In this document: in pieces, positions 1 through 10,255 of the stretch
Layout of the letters: every line of letters starts with the position of its first letter
Numbering within the stretch: position 1 is the stretch's first letter
From: an uncultured delta proteobacterium
GTDB taxonomy: Bacteria > Desulfobacterota > Binatia > UBA9968
Direction: 5' to 3'
DNA: 64,000 bases
NCBI GenBank assembly: GCA_963771465.1
Contig: CAVYTU010000013.1
Coordinates: 96,001 to 160,000, forward strand
Made by a program: the position numbers and the translations under genes
Notes under the pieces: model-generated
Told to the model about the DNA's origin: nothing
Databases searched by the model: none
The model's input: only the letters and a program-made list of their open reading frames with translations

Positions 1-101
1 TGGATATCGTCTTCAGGGGACGTGAAACGGCCAACGGCTACACCGAGGCCGTGCTGCATAACTGCCGCCGGAGGGGCAAGTCGGCAAAGCCCACGATTTA
101 G
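1..101 (+). CDS. glcB: Malate synthase G, 3' end (partial)
   Basis: Frame from nt 3 reads DIVFRGRETANGYTEAVLHNCRRRGK...TAG, matching the GlcB C-terminal pattern (F.G..QPNGYTE.LLH..RR). Confidence 0.75.
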   Translation, partial: DIVFRGRETANGYTEAVLHNCRRRGKSAKPTI

Positions 102-509
102 TTAGCAGGATGCAACCCGATGGATCACGCCGGCGGCCGGTAACGATCCAGCTTTAGACCCACCCAGTGATTTCGAGCAGCGCAACGCTCACACCTCCGG
201 TAATGAGACAGAACAGCGGATAGGCCACGGACCAGGTTTACGGGCATACGAGACATGACGGACAACTGTCCGGTGGCTGAAGTGATCAAGCGGTCTAAGT
301 TTGGCGCGTAGCGTAGGCGTCGAGCGTCGATTGGTCAAATGGCGTGCGAAGAATTGAAGTTAGCTTGTTAAATTATTATTTTTAAATAATTTGCCATAAG
401 TAATCCTCCGAAAAATGAGCCGGGTAAACTAACTCACTCACGCGAGCGGTAACAAACTGAAGGCAGCGTGTCAAATCTCATTCAGCGAGTTTGATATCTA
501 TTTTTTTCC

Positions 510-1723
510 TTAGCCGCGCGCGCTCTGGACGAGTTTCTCGGGCGCATCTTGGAATTTTATTTCGGCGTCCTGGGGCAAGAGCCATTTCTTCAGCGGCCGG
601 CCTTCGGCCAAGGCGCGCAGCTCTCGTTGCCAAATTTTTCTAAATAGGATGATGCCGACATCGGAGCGTCCTAGATGTTCCCGAGCGCGATCGGCGACCA
701 GCCTTGGCCGACTTGCGCGACATAGTCTTGGGTATGCACTAAAGCAATTTTGTCATTGAAAAACTTATCCAAGTCGTGGAAATTGAGTTTTCCCGACAGC
801 ACCGCTTCGCCCATCTGCGCGACGGAGATTTTTGTTTCCGGCGCGGCGGCGGCGCGGCGTGCGCGGTATTCATCGGCGGCTTTACCGGTCAGCGGCAAAC
901 GGCGCAGGCGAAATTCCAAAGACCGCTCATCGTCGAGCGGCACGTCCCACTGCATGCGGTCTTCCGCGCCGCACTCCGGTTCCGGCGAGGGATTTCTAAA
1001 CGCGTAAGCGTTGGGCATGAAAAAATGAAAAACATTGCGCCAGCCTTGCGCGAAGCTGGCATAGGACGTCGTGCCCCAGGGGCTTTCCTCTTTGGAAATC
1101 TCCGGCAGCCCGGCGCGATTATTGGCTGAGGACGCCGAGTAGGCGCCGCGATGCACGAACGGCACGTGATAGGTGTCGCCGTTGTTATCGATGCGCTGGA
1201 AAAAATTGCACGGCCAGACTTCGGTTGACAGCACTTCGAGGACGCCGTCCGCTTCCATATGCGGATAGCGTGGAAATGTCGGCGCAGCCCCAACGCCAAG
1301 ATAAGCGAAGATCAGGCCGAGATATTCCTGAGTGGGATAACTTTCGATGTGGATCTTGCCGGCAAAGGATTGATCTTCCGCCGGCTGCTCGGTGCACTGG
1401 CCGGCGCCGTCGAACAACCAACCGTGATACATGCAGCGGATGCAGTCGCCTTCCACCCGGCCGGCGGAGAGCTGCGTGCCGCGATGGGGACAGCGAAAGC
1501 CGACAACATGCGGCGCGCCGGTTTCACCGCGGTAGAGCGTAAAGCGCTCGCTCATGATCTCGATCGGTTTGGCTTCGCCGGCGCGGAGATCCTCAGCGCG
1601 GTAGATCGGCTGCCAGAACCGGCGCAGGTAATTTCCCGCGAGGGTGCCGGGCTTGGTCGAGACGAGATCGTTCCAGCGCAATTTTTTTGTGGCGCGGCTG
1701 TTTTTGCGTTTAGCTAAAGGCAT
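510..1723 (-). pseudogene. Rieske non-heme iron oxygenase alpha subunit (phthalate 4,5-dioxygenase-like) with 1-nt frameshift near 700
   Basis: CPHRG...CMYHGW Rieske motif. The ORF ends early at 671, but the conserved tail (VADRAREHLGRSDVGIILFRKIWQRELRALAEGRPLKKW) continues in another frame to TAA at 510. Real lesion or sequencing error. Confidence 0.8.
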
Positions 1724-1846
1724 GTTGCTTCTCTAAGTTTCATCTTGAAGCAAAATCCAACCCGGTCGGTCGTTGTGCAGTGAGTTTGCATTCAATTAGT
1801 CCAACGAACTATAGATGCGGTTGCTATATATAGCATCCAGATTTTT

Positions 1847-2617
1847 TTGACAATGAAACTTGACGGCAAAGTTGCTCTTGTCACCGGCTCGGCGCGCGGG
1901 ATCGGTTGGGAGATCGTTCAGGCTCTGGCCGAAGCAGGTGCGCAGGTTGTGCTTTGTGATCTCGCGCAAGCTGATGTCGATGAAGCTGCGGCGAAATTAA
2001 GATTGCCTTGCGAGAATGTTTTGGGCGTTAGCGCGGATGTGACTTCGGAGCGCGACGTCGCGAATCTTATCCGCCGCACAGTGGAAACGTTTTCGCGCCT
2101 GGATGTCCTGGTGAACAACGCCGGCTTTGCCTGGCCGCGCGGCGGGCCGGTTAATTTGGAACTGGCCCAGACGCCGCTGGATGTTTGGCGCAAAGTGCTC
2201 GACACCAATCTCAACGGCACATTTCTTTGTAGCCGCGAAGCGCTCAAGGTCATGCACCGGCAGGGAGGCGGTTCGATCATCAATATTTCTTCGCCCCAGG
2301 GGAAAAAGGGCAAACTCTTGCGCGGTCCGTACAGCGCGGCCAAGTTTGCCGTCGAAGGATTGACGCAAGTGCTGGCTTTGGAGAACGAGGCTCACAATAT
2401 TCGAGCGAATTGTCTCGATCCCGGCGGCATCGTCGCCACCGAAGCGATCAGAAATATTCCCGGCAATCGCGGCGTGCGCATGCTCAGTCCAGCGGTCGTC
2501 CGGCCTTGCGCTGTTTACCTCGCTTCGGATGAGTCTAGCGGAATCACCGGTCGATCGCTTGTTGCGCCGGATTGGAACAGGGAGCACGGGCTTGAGGTGC
2601 CGCACACTGTAGCCTAG
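1847..2617 (+). CDS. SDR family NAD(P)-dependent oxidoreductase
   Basis: TGSARGIG, VNNAG and YSAAK motifs. Confidence 0.9.
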   Translation: MTMKLDGKVALVTGSARGIGWEIVQALAEAGAQVVLCDLAQADVDEAAAKLRLPCENVLGVSADVTSERDVANLIRRTVETFSRLDVLVNNAGFAWPRGGPVNLELAQTPLDVWRKVLDTNLNGTFLCSREALKVMHRQGGGSIINISSPQGKKGKLLRGPYSAAKFAVEGLTQVLALENEAHNIRANCLDPGGIVATEAIRNIPGNRGVRMLSPAVVRPCAVYLASDESSGITGRSLVAPDWNREHGLEVPHTVA

Positions 2618-2659
2618 CGGAGTACACTAAGCCGAAAACGCCAAGAGGAAAAGAAAATC

Positions 2660-3643
2660 ATGGTGGCAAAGTCAAAGCTGAAATTTCTTACCTGTTTGCT
2701 CGCGGTCGTCGGTTGGTTTGGCAACGCGGAAGCCAGGACGATTCACGTCGCCGTGCCGACGCTCAGCATGGTCGTCATCGCTTTCACCGCGGCTAAAGAG
2801 CGAGGCTATTACCGCGAGGAAGGATTGGACGTCGACTTGGTGCAAATGCGCGACACGCTGGGCATCTCGGCGCTGATCGGCGGCAACGCGGATTTCGCGT
2901 CCATGAGCGGCGCGGGTTTGACCGCGATCTTGGGCGGCATGCCGCTGCGTTTTGCTTACAGCAGTTTTTTTCGGCCGATGTTTTGGCTCTATGCCAAGCC
3001 GGAGCTTCAGGACGTTAAGTCGCTAAGAGGCAAGCGCATCGGCGTCACCGGCCTCGGCAGCGGCCCGGATAATCTTCTGCGCGAGGTGCTCAAACGCAAC
3101 GGCATCGAGGGCGGACGGGATGCGACGATATTAGCTTTGGGCTTGCCGGCCACTCTCGCGACCGCGCTCAGAAACGGCATCGTCGATGCCGGGATGATCA
3201 GCCCGCCGTTTAATTTCGTCGTGCGCGACGCCGGATTTCGCGATTTGGTTTCGTTCCTGAAAGAAGATTTCGTCGAGCTGCAAGGCAGCATTCTGGCGCA
3301 CGAGCGAATCTTTCAATCCGAGCCCGCGACGGTGGAAAAATTCGTTCGCGGCACCGTAAAGGGATTGCGCTATGCGCGCGAAAACAAAGCGGGGACGATT
3401 CCAATTCTTCTGCGCTACATGAAGATCAAGGAAGACCTCGCCGGACAATACTACGAGCAAGTGCGCCCGATCATGACCGCCGACGGCACCGTGAGCGTGG
3501 ACCTGCAGAAAAAGTATCTCGACCAAGCGCTCAAAGTTTTGAACCCAAAAGAGCAGCCGACAGTGGAGCGGATTTACAACTATTCCATAGCGCGCAAGGT
3601 CAATACCGAGCTCGACGCCGCAGGATGGAAGCCGGGGAAATAG
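2660..3643 (+). CDS. ABC transporter substrate-binding protein (NMT1/SsuA/TauA-like)
   Basis: Signal peptide; GYYREEGLDV and LRGKRIGVTGLGS motifs. Confidence 0.85.
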   Translation: MVAKSKLKFLTCLLAVVGWFGNAEARTIHVAVPTLSMVVIAFTAAKERGYYREEGLDVDLVQMRDTLGISALIGGNADFASMSGAGLTAILGGMPLRFAYSSFFRPMFWLYAKPELQDVKSLRGKRIGVTGLGSGPDNLLREVLKRNGIEGGRDATILALGLPATLATALRNGIVDAGMISPPFNFVVRDAGFRDLVSFLKEDFVELQGSILAHERIFQSEPATVEKFVRGTVKGLRYARENKAGTIPILLRYMKIKEDLAGQYYEQVRPIMTADGTVSVDLQKKYLDQALKVLNPKEQPTVERIYNYSIARKVNTELDAAGWKPGK

Positions 3644-3669
3644 TGGAGCCGGAATTTTCTTGGACTATT

Positions 3670-5358
3670 CTAATCAAGCCGAATCAGCAAACCCTCGTCC
3701 GGGCGCAGTTGGAAATCGCCTTGAACACGTTCGCCGGAGCGATCCAGGTGCGTTGATAATTCAATCGTTCCCTCGGAAGTATCCGTGTAGCGACGGAGCA
3801 CCTGCGGTTGGGAACCGAGGTTGAGAGCGATCAGAAATTCCCTCTCATCCGTCGACGTGCGCCGAATGTAGGCGAGCATGTCGCCCTCGGCTTCCAGTGG
3901 CTCGAAGCCGCCCACCTCCAGCGCGGGTTCTCCGCGACGCAGCTCAATGAGGCGACGATAGAGGGTTAGGATGGAGCGCGGATCGTTGCGTTCGGTGTCG
4001 ACGTTCACCTCATGGAAGTCCTCGGCGATTGGGAGCCATGGCTTTCCTGCGGTGAACCCCGAATTTTCCTCAGAACTCCACTGCATGGGCGTCCGTTCTG
4101 GATCTCGGCCCAGTCCCTTCCCGGGTACGTTCTTCTCGAAGGGATCCTGTACCCGCTCCGGCGGGATCGCTACATCGTGCATACCGATCTCGTCGCCGTA
4201 GTAGATCGTTGGCGTGCCGCGCAGTGTAAGTAGGAGCATTGCGGCGACTCTCGCCTGCGCTGGACCCACACGCGAGGCGATCCGATGCTGATCGTGGTTT
4301 CCCAGAACCCAATTGGGCCATGCACCCTTGGGCAGTGCCGTTTCGTATTCCGTGATGAGCCGCGCGAGATGACGCGCATCCCATTTGGCAAAGATGAGCT
4401 GGAAGTTGAAAGGTAGGTGCGTGCCGGTGAGATCGGTACCATAGTATTGAACCAATCGCTCCACCGGGAGATAGATCTCGCCGATGAGCACGCGCTCCTG
4501 GTATTCGTCGAAGAGCTGGCGCATCCGGGCAATAATGCTGTGCACCTCTGGCTGATCGGTGGTTTGGATTGGGATCAATGCCTCGTACGGGTCCATCCCT
4601 TCGTGCCAGCTTGGGTTGGAAGGGTTATCGCGGAAACGCTCGTCTTTTATAATGTGCCAGAGCACATCGACTCGAAAGCCGTCCACACCGCGTTCCAGCC
4701 AGAAGCGGAGCACGTCGAGCATGGCGATCAACACTTGGGGATTACGCCAGTTGAGGTCCGGCTGCTCCGGAAGAAACGCGTGATAGTAATATTGTCCGGT
4801 GGGTTCGTGATGCTCCCAAGCACTTCCGCCGAAGGCGGAGAGCCAATTATTGGGCGGGCGACCATCCGGAGCGGGATCGTACCATAGGTACCAGTCGCGT
4901 TTCGGGTTATGGCGCGATGATTTCGATTCGAGAAACCAGGGGTGCTGATTAGAACTATGATTGGGTACAAAGTCGAGGATCACTTTGAGCTTTCGCGCGT
5001 GCGCCTCACGGAGCAGGTCATCAAAATCACCGAGGTTGCCGAATAGCGAGTGGATACCGGTGTAGTCCGAGACGTCGTAACCGAAGTCCTTCATCGGCGA
5101 GGGATAGATCGGCGAGATCCAGATCGCTTCCACGCCAAGCCAGCGCAGGTAATCGAGCCGCGAGGTAATGCCAGGAAGGTCGCCGACGCCATCGCCGTTG
5201 CTGTCCATGAAGGAACGCGCGTACACCTCGTAGATTGCCCCGCGCTGCCACCAGGTGTAGGTCGGTGTGAGTCCAACATCACGCTCGGAGTGGCTCGTCG
5301 GCTCGATTGCGCGATCTTTCATCCCAGAAATTTTCCCGTTACTGAGATCTAACGTCAC
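3670..5358 (-). CDS. GH13 alpha-glucosidase / oligo-1,6-glucosidase
   Basis: DSNGDGVGDLPG, DFVPNH, DGFRVD, GEIY and LGNHD conserved GH13 regions. Confidence 0.92.
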   Translation of the reverse strand: MTLDLSNGKISGMKDRAIEPTSHSERDVGLTPTYTWWQRGAIYEVYARSFMDSNGDGVGDLPGITSRLDYLRWLGVEAIWISPIYPSPMKDFGYDVSDYTGIHSLFGNLGDFDDLLREAHARKLKVILDFVPNHSSNQHPWFLESKSSRHNPKRDWYLWYDPAPDGRPPNNWLSAFGGSAWEHHEPTGQYYYHAFLPEQPDLNWRNPQVLIAMLDVLRFWLERGVDGFRVDVLWHIIKDERFRDNPSNPSWHEGMDPYEALIPIQTTDQPEVHSIIARMRQLFDEYQERVLIGEIYLPVERLVQYYGTDLTGTHLPFNFQLIFAKWDARHLARLITEYETALPKGAWPNWVLGNHDQHRIASRVGPAQARVAAMLLLTLRGTPTIYYGDEIGMHDVAIPPERVQDPFEKNVPGKGLGRDPERTPMQWSSEENSGFTAGKPWLPIAEDFHEVNVDTERNDPRSILTLYRRLIELRRGEPALEVGGFEPLEAEGDMLAYIRRTSTDEREFLIALNLGSQPQVLRRYTDTSEGTIELSTHLDRSGERVQGDFQLRPDEGLLIRLD

Positions 5359-7385
5359 GCACCCTCAGCCGGTGCCGGCAAGAGCGCGCATGCAGCATGA
5401 CCCGGAATTCGCCATCCCTCGTCCGTCTCCAACGGCGGAGTGCCGGTCCCGCCATAACTCGGGTGCTCGCTCGACCACAGCGTCTCCCATCGCCTTCCCT
5501 CCGGCGGGGCAAGCAGCGGCTCGGGCGCCGGAGAGCGATGCAGGTCACGGCCCAAGTTTACGATCAGGATTCGGTCGTTTCCACTGGCGGTGAAAAAGCG
5601 CAGGACGAATGCTTCCGGACCAAGCACCGCGCCATCCACTGACCCGGCGTGATGATGGCGAAATACGTCGTCATCCCGGCGTAGCCGCAAAAGGTCCCGA
5701 TGTAGCGCGTATACCTGGCCATGGCTCTGCCGTTCGCTAAGATCGAGCTTGCAGAGTTCGAAGATTTTGCGATCGTGTGGATCGGGGAGCAGTTGCTGCA
5801 CCTCGGCGGTAGCTAGACTTCGGAACTGTCTGACAAACTCGGCCCGTCCCTTTCGCACTTTGACGGCGAGATCCTGTTTATGGTCCGCAAAAAATAGGAA
5901 CGGGCTTGAGGCGGCGAACTCCTGTCCCATGAAGAGCATAGGTGTTTCAGGTGCAAGCAATAGCAACGCCGTAATCGCCCGGTACCGTCCCGGACTGGTG
6001 AGCAGATGAATGCGCGTGCCGGCGGCGGAGTTGGCGATCTGATCGTGGTTCTGGATGTAATTGACGAAGGCGGTGTGCGGAAGCCCGAACGTTGGGGTGC
6101 CACGCCGTTGGTTTTGCCATTGGTACCGCTGTCCCTGATAAAGGTAGCCCCACTTCACCGCGGAGACGAATTCTTGGGGCGTACCCAAGTAGTCGGTGTA
6201 ATAAGCCTCGTTTCGCCCGGTTAGCGCTACACCGGCAGTATGATGGAAGTCGTCGTTCCAGAGCGCATCCATACCATAGCCGTCCTTGTCGACTGAACGG
6301 ACGAGTTTGACGTCCTGAAGCTCATTTTCCGCGATGACGACGGTATCGCGTCCGCGCGCTGCCTCGCGCACGCGCCCGGTGATCTCCTTCAGAACATGCA
6401 CTGGGGAGGCGTCGAAGATCTGCTGGGTTGCATCCAGGCGAAGGCCATCGATGTGGAACTCATCGACCCAGTAGCCGGCGTTCGCGATGAAGAACTCCCG
6501 CACCGGTGCGCAATGCTCGCCGTCGAAATTGATCGGCTCACCCCATTCGTTTTCGTAGCGGTGGGTGAAGTAATATCCTGAAAATTCCTTTAGGTAAGCC
6601 GCGTCGGGACCTACGTGGTTATAGACAACGTCCAGAATCACTCCAAGTCCGGCCGCGTGTGCCCGGTCGACGAAGCGACGAAAATCATCCGGGGTGCCAT
6701 AGAGGCGGGTGGGCGCAAAGAGGTCCACGCCATCGTATCCCCAACCGAATTGGCCGGAAAAATCTGCCACGGGCATTATCTCCAGCAGGGTGATTCCGGC
6801 GGCGGCGAGTTCGCCCAGCTCTCGGGCGGCGGCATCCCAGCTCCCCTCGCGGGTAAACGTCCCGATATGCATTTCATAAATGACTTGCCCTTCAAGGCCG
6901 ACTCCGCGCCACGCATCGTCAGTCCAGCGAAATGCCTCCGCATCCACAACCTGCGAGGGACCGTGCGGACCCTCGGGTTGGAAGCGCGAGGCCGGGTCAG
7001 GGTACGCCTTGGCACCGTCGAGTCGGTATCGATAAAGCGTGCCTGCCGTCGCATCCGGTACAAGCCCAGAATAGTAGCCCGTACTCTCTTGTTCCAGTTC
7101 GTGAATCAGCGAATCTTTGCCAAGGCTGGCAGTTGCCATTCCGCCATCGAGCACGACCTCCACCCGCTTCCGGTGCGGCGCCCAGACGCGGAAGTGAACT
7201 CCCCCCGCACGGATGAGTTCAGCGCCAACGGGTAACCGCCGAGTTATTTGGCTGGATCTAGTTTCAGCGGCTTTTAGTATGGTCATCAGATGTTCCTTTG
7301 ATGTGCTCGCGGAGAAAATGAAATTGCCGGCGCGTACGCTGATGCTTGCGACTTGTGCGCCCTTGCTCTGGTTTTCGGTGGCCAA
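5355..7385 (-). CDS. treZ: Malto-oligosyltrehalose trehalohydrolase (true start probably near 7286)
   Basis: FRVWAP, PDPASRFQPEGPHGPS, WGYDGV, DGLRLDA, QNHDQIAN, PMLFMGQE. Confidence 0.9.
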   Translation of the reverse strand: MATENQSKGAQVASISVRAGNFIFSASTSKEHLMTILKAAETRSSQITRRLPVGAELIRAGGVHFRVWAPHRKRVEVVLDGGMATASLGKDSLIHELEQESTGYYSGLVPDATAGTLYRYRLDGAKAYPDPASRFQPEGPHGPSQVVDAEAFRWTDDAWRGVGLEGQVIYEMHIGTFTREGSWDAAARELGELAAAGITLLEIMPVADFSGQFGWGYDGVDLFAPTRLYGTPDDFRRFVDRAHAAGLGVILDVVYNHVGPDAAYLKEFSGYYFTHRYENEWGEPINFDGEHCAPVREFFIANAGYWVDEFHIDGLRLDATQQIFDASPVHVLKEITGRVREAARGRDTVVIAENELQDVKLVRSVDKDGYGMDALWNDDFHHTAGVALTGRNEAYYTDYLGTPQEFVSAVKWGYLYQGQRYQWQNQRRGTPTFGLPHTAFVNYIQNHDQIANSAAGTRIHLLTSPGRYRAITALLLLAPETPMLFMGQEFAASSPFLFFADHKQDLAVKVRKGRAEFVRQFRSLATAEVQQLLPDPHDRKIFELCKLDLSERQSHGQVYALHRDLLRLRRDDDVFRHHHAGSVDGAVLGPEAFVLRFFTASGNDRILIVNLGRDLHRSPAPEPLLAPPEGRRWETLWSSEHPSYGGTGTPPLETDEGWRIPGHAACALLPAPAEGA

Positions 7386-7435
7386 CCGTTTCGCAGAAAC
7401 AGGAAAAAACCGGAAACTGAAAAACAGCAGGTGGC

Positions 7436-7560
7436 GGCTTCGGCGTCATACGGCATGTCGCCGACTATAACGATTTTATCGAGAGCGTTCTCGCCAAGCT
7501 TACTGAGCGCAGGTTCGAAAATATCCGGGTGCGGCTTGGATTGTTTGACGTCGGGGACAA
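7436..7560 (-). pseudogene. HAD-family hydrolase remnant
   Basis: DVKQSKPHPDIFEPALSKL...VGDMPYDAEAA (HAD motifs III and IV) without the N-terminal DxD motif. Confidence 0.65.
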
Positions 7561-7671
7561 AGCGTCGGCTTCGATCCGTGCGATTTTTTATGAGCTCACC
7601 AACGCACCTTTCCGGCAGGTCGTGAGAAGATTGACCATTGAACATGCTAGTGAGAGCATGAGAGTTCGCTA

Positions 7672-7833
7672 TCATGCGCACTCTGCATGGCCGCATTGAC
7701 ATTCTTCCGCGCTACCGACGGGTCCAACATTGGCGCAAAAAGAGCTGCAAAAGATTTCGCCCTCTTTGTCAAAACCCTTGCCCTCTTGGATGATGCAATC
7801 ACAATCATCGTGTGCGCAATTCAGTTCTGCCAT
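7672..7833 (-). CDS. Bacterial metallothionein (SmtA/BmtA-like), 53 aa, below ORF-track cutoff
   Basis: MAELNCAHDDCDCIIQEGKGFDKEGEIFCSSFCANVGPVGSAEECQCGHAECA; 8 Cys and 2 His in SmtA-like spacing; GAAAGGAAGG RBS. Confidence 0.8.
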   Translation of the reverse strand: MAELNCAHDDCDCIIQEGKGFDKEGEIFCSSFCANVGPVGSAEECQCGHAECA

Positions 7834-7876
7834 TGGCTATAACCTTCCTTTCAGGTGAATTGATGTAAAAGAGAGT

Positions 7877-7892
7877 AGCAACCCGAGTGCCA
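7877..7892 (-). promoter_or_regulatory. Sigma54 -24/-12 promoter upstream of metallothionein/treZ
   Basis: TGGCAC-TCGGG-TTGCT, a perfect consensus match. Confidence 0.8.
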
Positions 7893-8170
7893 GTGGGCGA
7901 CAAAGAAAAACACTAATGACTAGTCGCGAATTTGAAGTTCACGCAGGATTTTCGCTATCACACAAGCGGAATTAAAAGTCCCGATTAGGAGTGATTTTTC
8001 CGACAGCAACATGCCGCTATTCAGCGGCCTCGCGCCCGTTCTAAAAGGCCGACCATTGCGAACGTTGGGCAAACCCATTTCGCGGAAGTAGGATCGCCAC
8101 GGCATCGGTCCAATACTGGACCCTCGCGTTTAGCCCGGCGTATACTCCGCTGGTACTATGGAAATTCGAT

Positions 8171-8866
8171 TTGATGCGACAAGGAGGGAATCACATGCCT
8201 CAAGTATCTGCGGAATTGCGTTGGTTTTTGAATGCGACGAATGTGAACGATGTGGACGCGTTCGATCGGTGGTTCAAATCAGGAACCTTGTTGCCAGGGG
8301 GCGGCAAGAAGCCGCGCGAGGACGTGTATGCAGTCGATCCCTCCACCGACGAGCTTGGAGTGAAGAAACGCGAGGGCAAGTCGGGACTCGAGGTGAAAGC
8401 GTTGGTCGAACCAGGATTTTTTTCCGTTGAGTTCGGAACCCGAAACGCGACGGTTCAACTCTGGTCCAAGGTGACATCGAATATTCTGACGCTACCGGTT
8501 GGTGTGACAGCCAGGCGTACGACGCTGAAGACACGATGGCTCCGGATGTTCGACACCGCAACATCTGTTGCGACGGAGGTCAAACTTGGGGCGGGCTCGT
8601 TCGGAGAAGATCCCGCACAGGAGTCTCCGCCCAATTTCGGATGCAATGTGGAATGGACCTTCGTAGAGGTACCTGGCTTGGTCGCGAAGTGGTGGACATT
8701 TGGCCTAGAGGCTTCCGCATTTGAGCAAACTACTCCGGTTCACTCCCGTTTGGAGAATGGGATCCGAAGAACCCTGGCCGCAATGACGACTAATTTAGGG
8801 AACGCACCAATCCTGGGCGAAGCATGGTGTGAGCAGAGTTATCCGCAGTGGATTAGATCGTTATAG
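8171..8866 (+). CDS. Hypothetical protein (possible CYTH-like fold); likely start near 8195
   Basis: ELRWF...R.DVY...GVKKRE...LEVK pattern; AGGAGG RBS before MPQV. Confidence 0.55.
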   Translation: MMRQGGNHMPQVSAELRWFLNATNVNDVDAFDRWFKSGTLLPGGGKKPREDVYAVDPSTDELGVKKREGKSGLEVKALVEPGFFSVEFGTRNATVQLWSKVTSNILTLPVGVTARRTTLKTRWLRMFDTATSVATEVKLGAGSFGEDPAQESPPNFGCNVEWTFVEVPGLVAKWWTFGLEASAFEQTTPVHSRLENGIRRTLAAMTTNLGNAPILGEAWCEQSYPQWIRSL

Positions 8867-9235
8867 ATTCGCACCTCCGTGGTTCAAATCCCGTTAAGAG
8901 CATGGCGGCGCAGCTAAACGATGACTCGAAGGTCAGGTTTTCCCTGTCTGAACCCATTCGATCACCTTGACACGAATTTATCTGCGCGACTTTCAGCCGT
9001 ACTTATCGCCGAGACTAAAGCTGTTGTCGTGGTGGCCCTTTAATTTGCCGCGGCACGTTGCAGTAGTCGGTCGAACTGACGCGTCGACCAATTAAATAGC
9101 CAGCCGTAGAGTTAAGATTCGCAGAGGAGGATTATTTGTTAAATATTTTTAAAATATTCGATTCTTCAGAACTGTCGGTGTAACATAGTTTTAAGCCAGT
9201 ATAGTGCTTAGGCCGTGAAACGCAGGGAGGAATCT

Positions 9236-10255
9236 ATGCGTGACGGAAAGATCCAAGTCGGACTCATGGGGTTAGGCCAGATCGGCCGACACCTTTATCA
9301 GCTTGCGGCAGAAAGCGACGATATCGAGATCGTCGCGGTTGCCGACATCGGCAAGCCGGAAATTCTCCACTATCTCCTCAAGAGCGACAGTGCCGACGCA
9401 CCACAATGCGAACTCCAGGACAATTATCTGGTCAATGACAAGTTTCGCACCAGGATGTTGCAGATTGCCAAACCCGGGGACGTTCCGTGGGACGTTTTCG
9501 GGGTCGATTGCGTGATCGATGCCACCGGCCGATATCGCCGCCGTGAATATCTGGAAACCCACCTGCAAACCGGCGCAGGCCGGGTGATTCTCGCATCGCT
9601 TCCAGCAGAGCCCATCGATCGTGTGCTGGTTCCCGGCATCAACGAAGCCAGCGCGGTCCGTGGCGACAGATTGATTTCGGCAGGTTCGGCAACCACCAAC
9701 GCGCTTGCGCTGATTTTGTATTTTCTCGACGCGGCGCTGGGAGTCGACTACGCGTCGCTGACCACAGTCCATGCCTACAGCAGCGATCAATCTTTGCAAG
9801 ATTATGCCCACGAGGATTTTCGTCGGAGCCGGTCCGCCGCCCAGAACATTATCCCCAACAGTAATGAGTCGGCGCATTGGGTCGAATTGATATTGCCAAA
9901 ATTCGCCGGAAAGTTGAGCGGCTACGCCCTCAACGTGCCGGTGCAACGAGGATCGTTGTTGGATCTGACCTGCGTGATGCACGACAGCGGCGTGACCGTC
10001 GCGCAGGTGAACGACGCTATGCGCGCCGCGGCTAACGCTCATCCGGTGCTCATCGGTATCACCGATGATCCCATCGTTTCTTCCGATGTCATTGGCTGTC
10101 GGCAATCGTTGCTGTTTGATGCGCAAGCGACCCTCAAAGCAGGAAAAAACATCGTCAAGGTCTTGGCCTGGTACGAGAGTTTGGGTCATGCGTGCCGCGT
10201 GCTCGACGTGGTTCGGCGCTACGGTCAGCTCGATGGCGATGGAGGTGTCCAATGA
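9236..10255 (+). CDS. GAPDH-family paralog lacking the catalytic cysteine
   Basis: GLGQIGR Rossmann motif, TVHAY, AAQNIIP, PIVSSD and AWYE present; SCTTNC is replaced by SATTNA. Confidence 0.85.
   Translation: MRDGKIQVGLMGLGQIGRHLYQLAAESDDIEIVAVADIGKPEILHYLLKSDSADAPQCELQDNYLVNDKFRTRMLQIAKPGDVPWDVFGVDCVIDATGRYRRREYLETHLQTGAGRVILASLPAEPIDRVLVPGINEASAVRGDRLISAGSATTNALALILYFLDAALGVDYASLTTVHAYSSDQSLQDYAHEDFRRSRSAAQNIIPNSNESAHWVELILPKFAGKLSGYALNVPVQRGSLLDLTCVMHDSGVTVAQVNDAMRAAANAHPVLIGITDDPIVSSDVIGCRQSLLFDAQATLKAGKNIVKVLAWYESLGHACRVLDVVRRYGQLDGDGGVQ

Noticed and set aside
7669-7674. Sec readthrough at the metallothionein TGA
   Set aside because: Immediately followed by an in-frame TAG, so it is a true stop
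9272-10252. Long antisense ORFs (e.g. 9272-10252, 17038-17883, 37774-38712)
   Set aside because: Shadows of well-supported genes on the opposite strand in GC-rich DNA; no motifs
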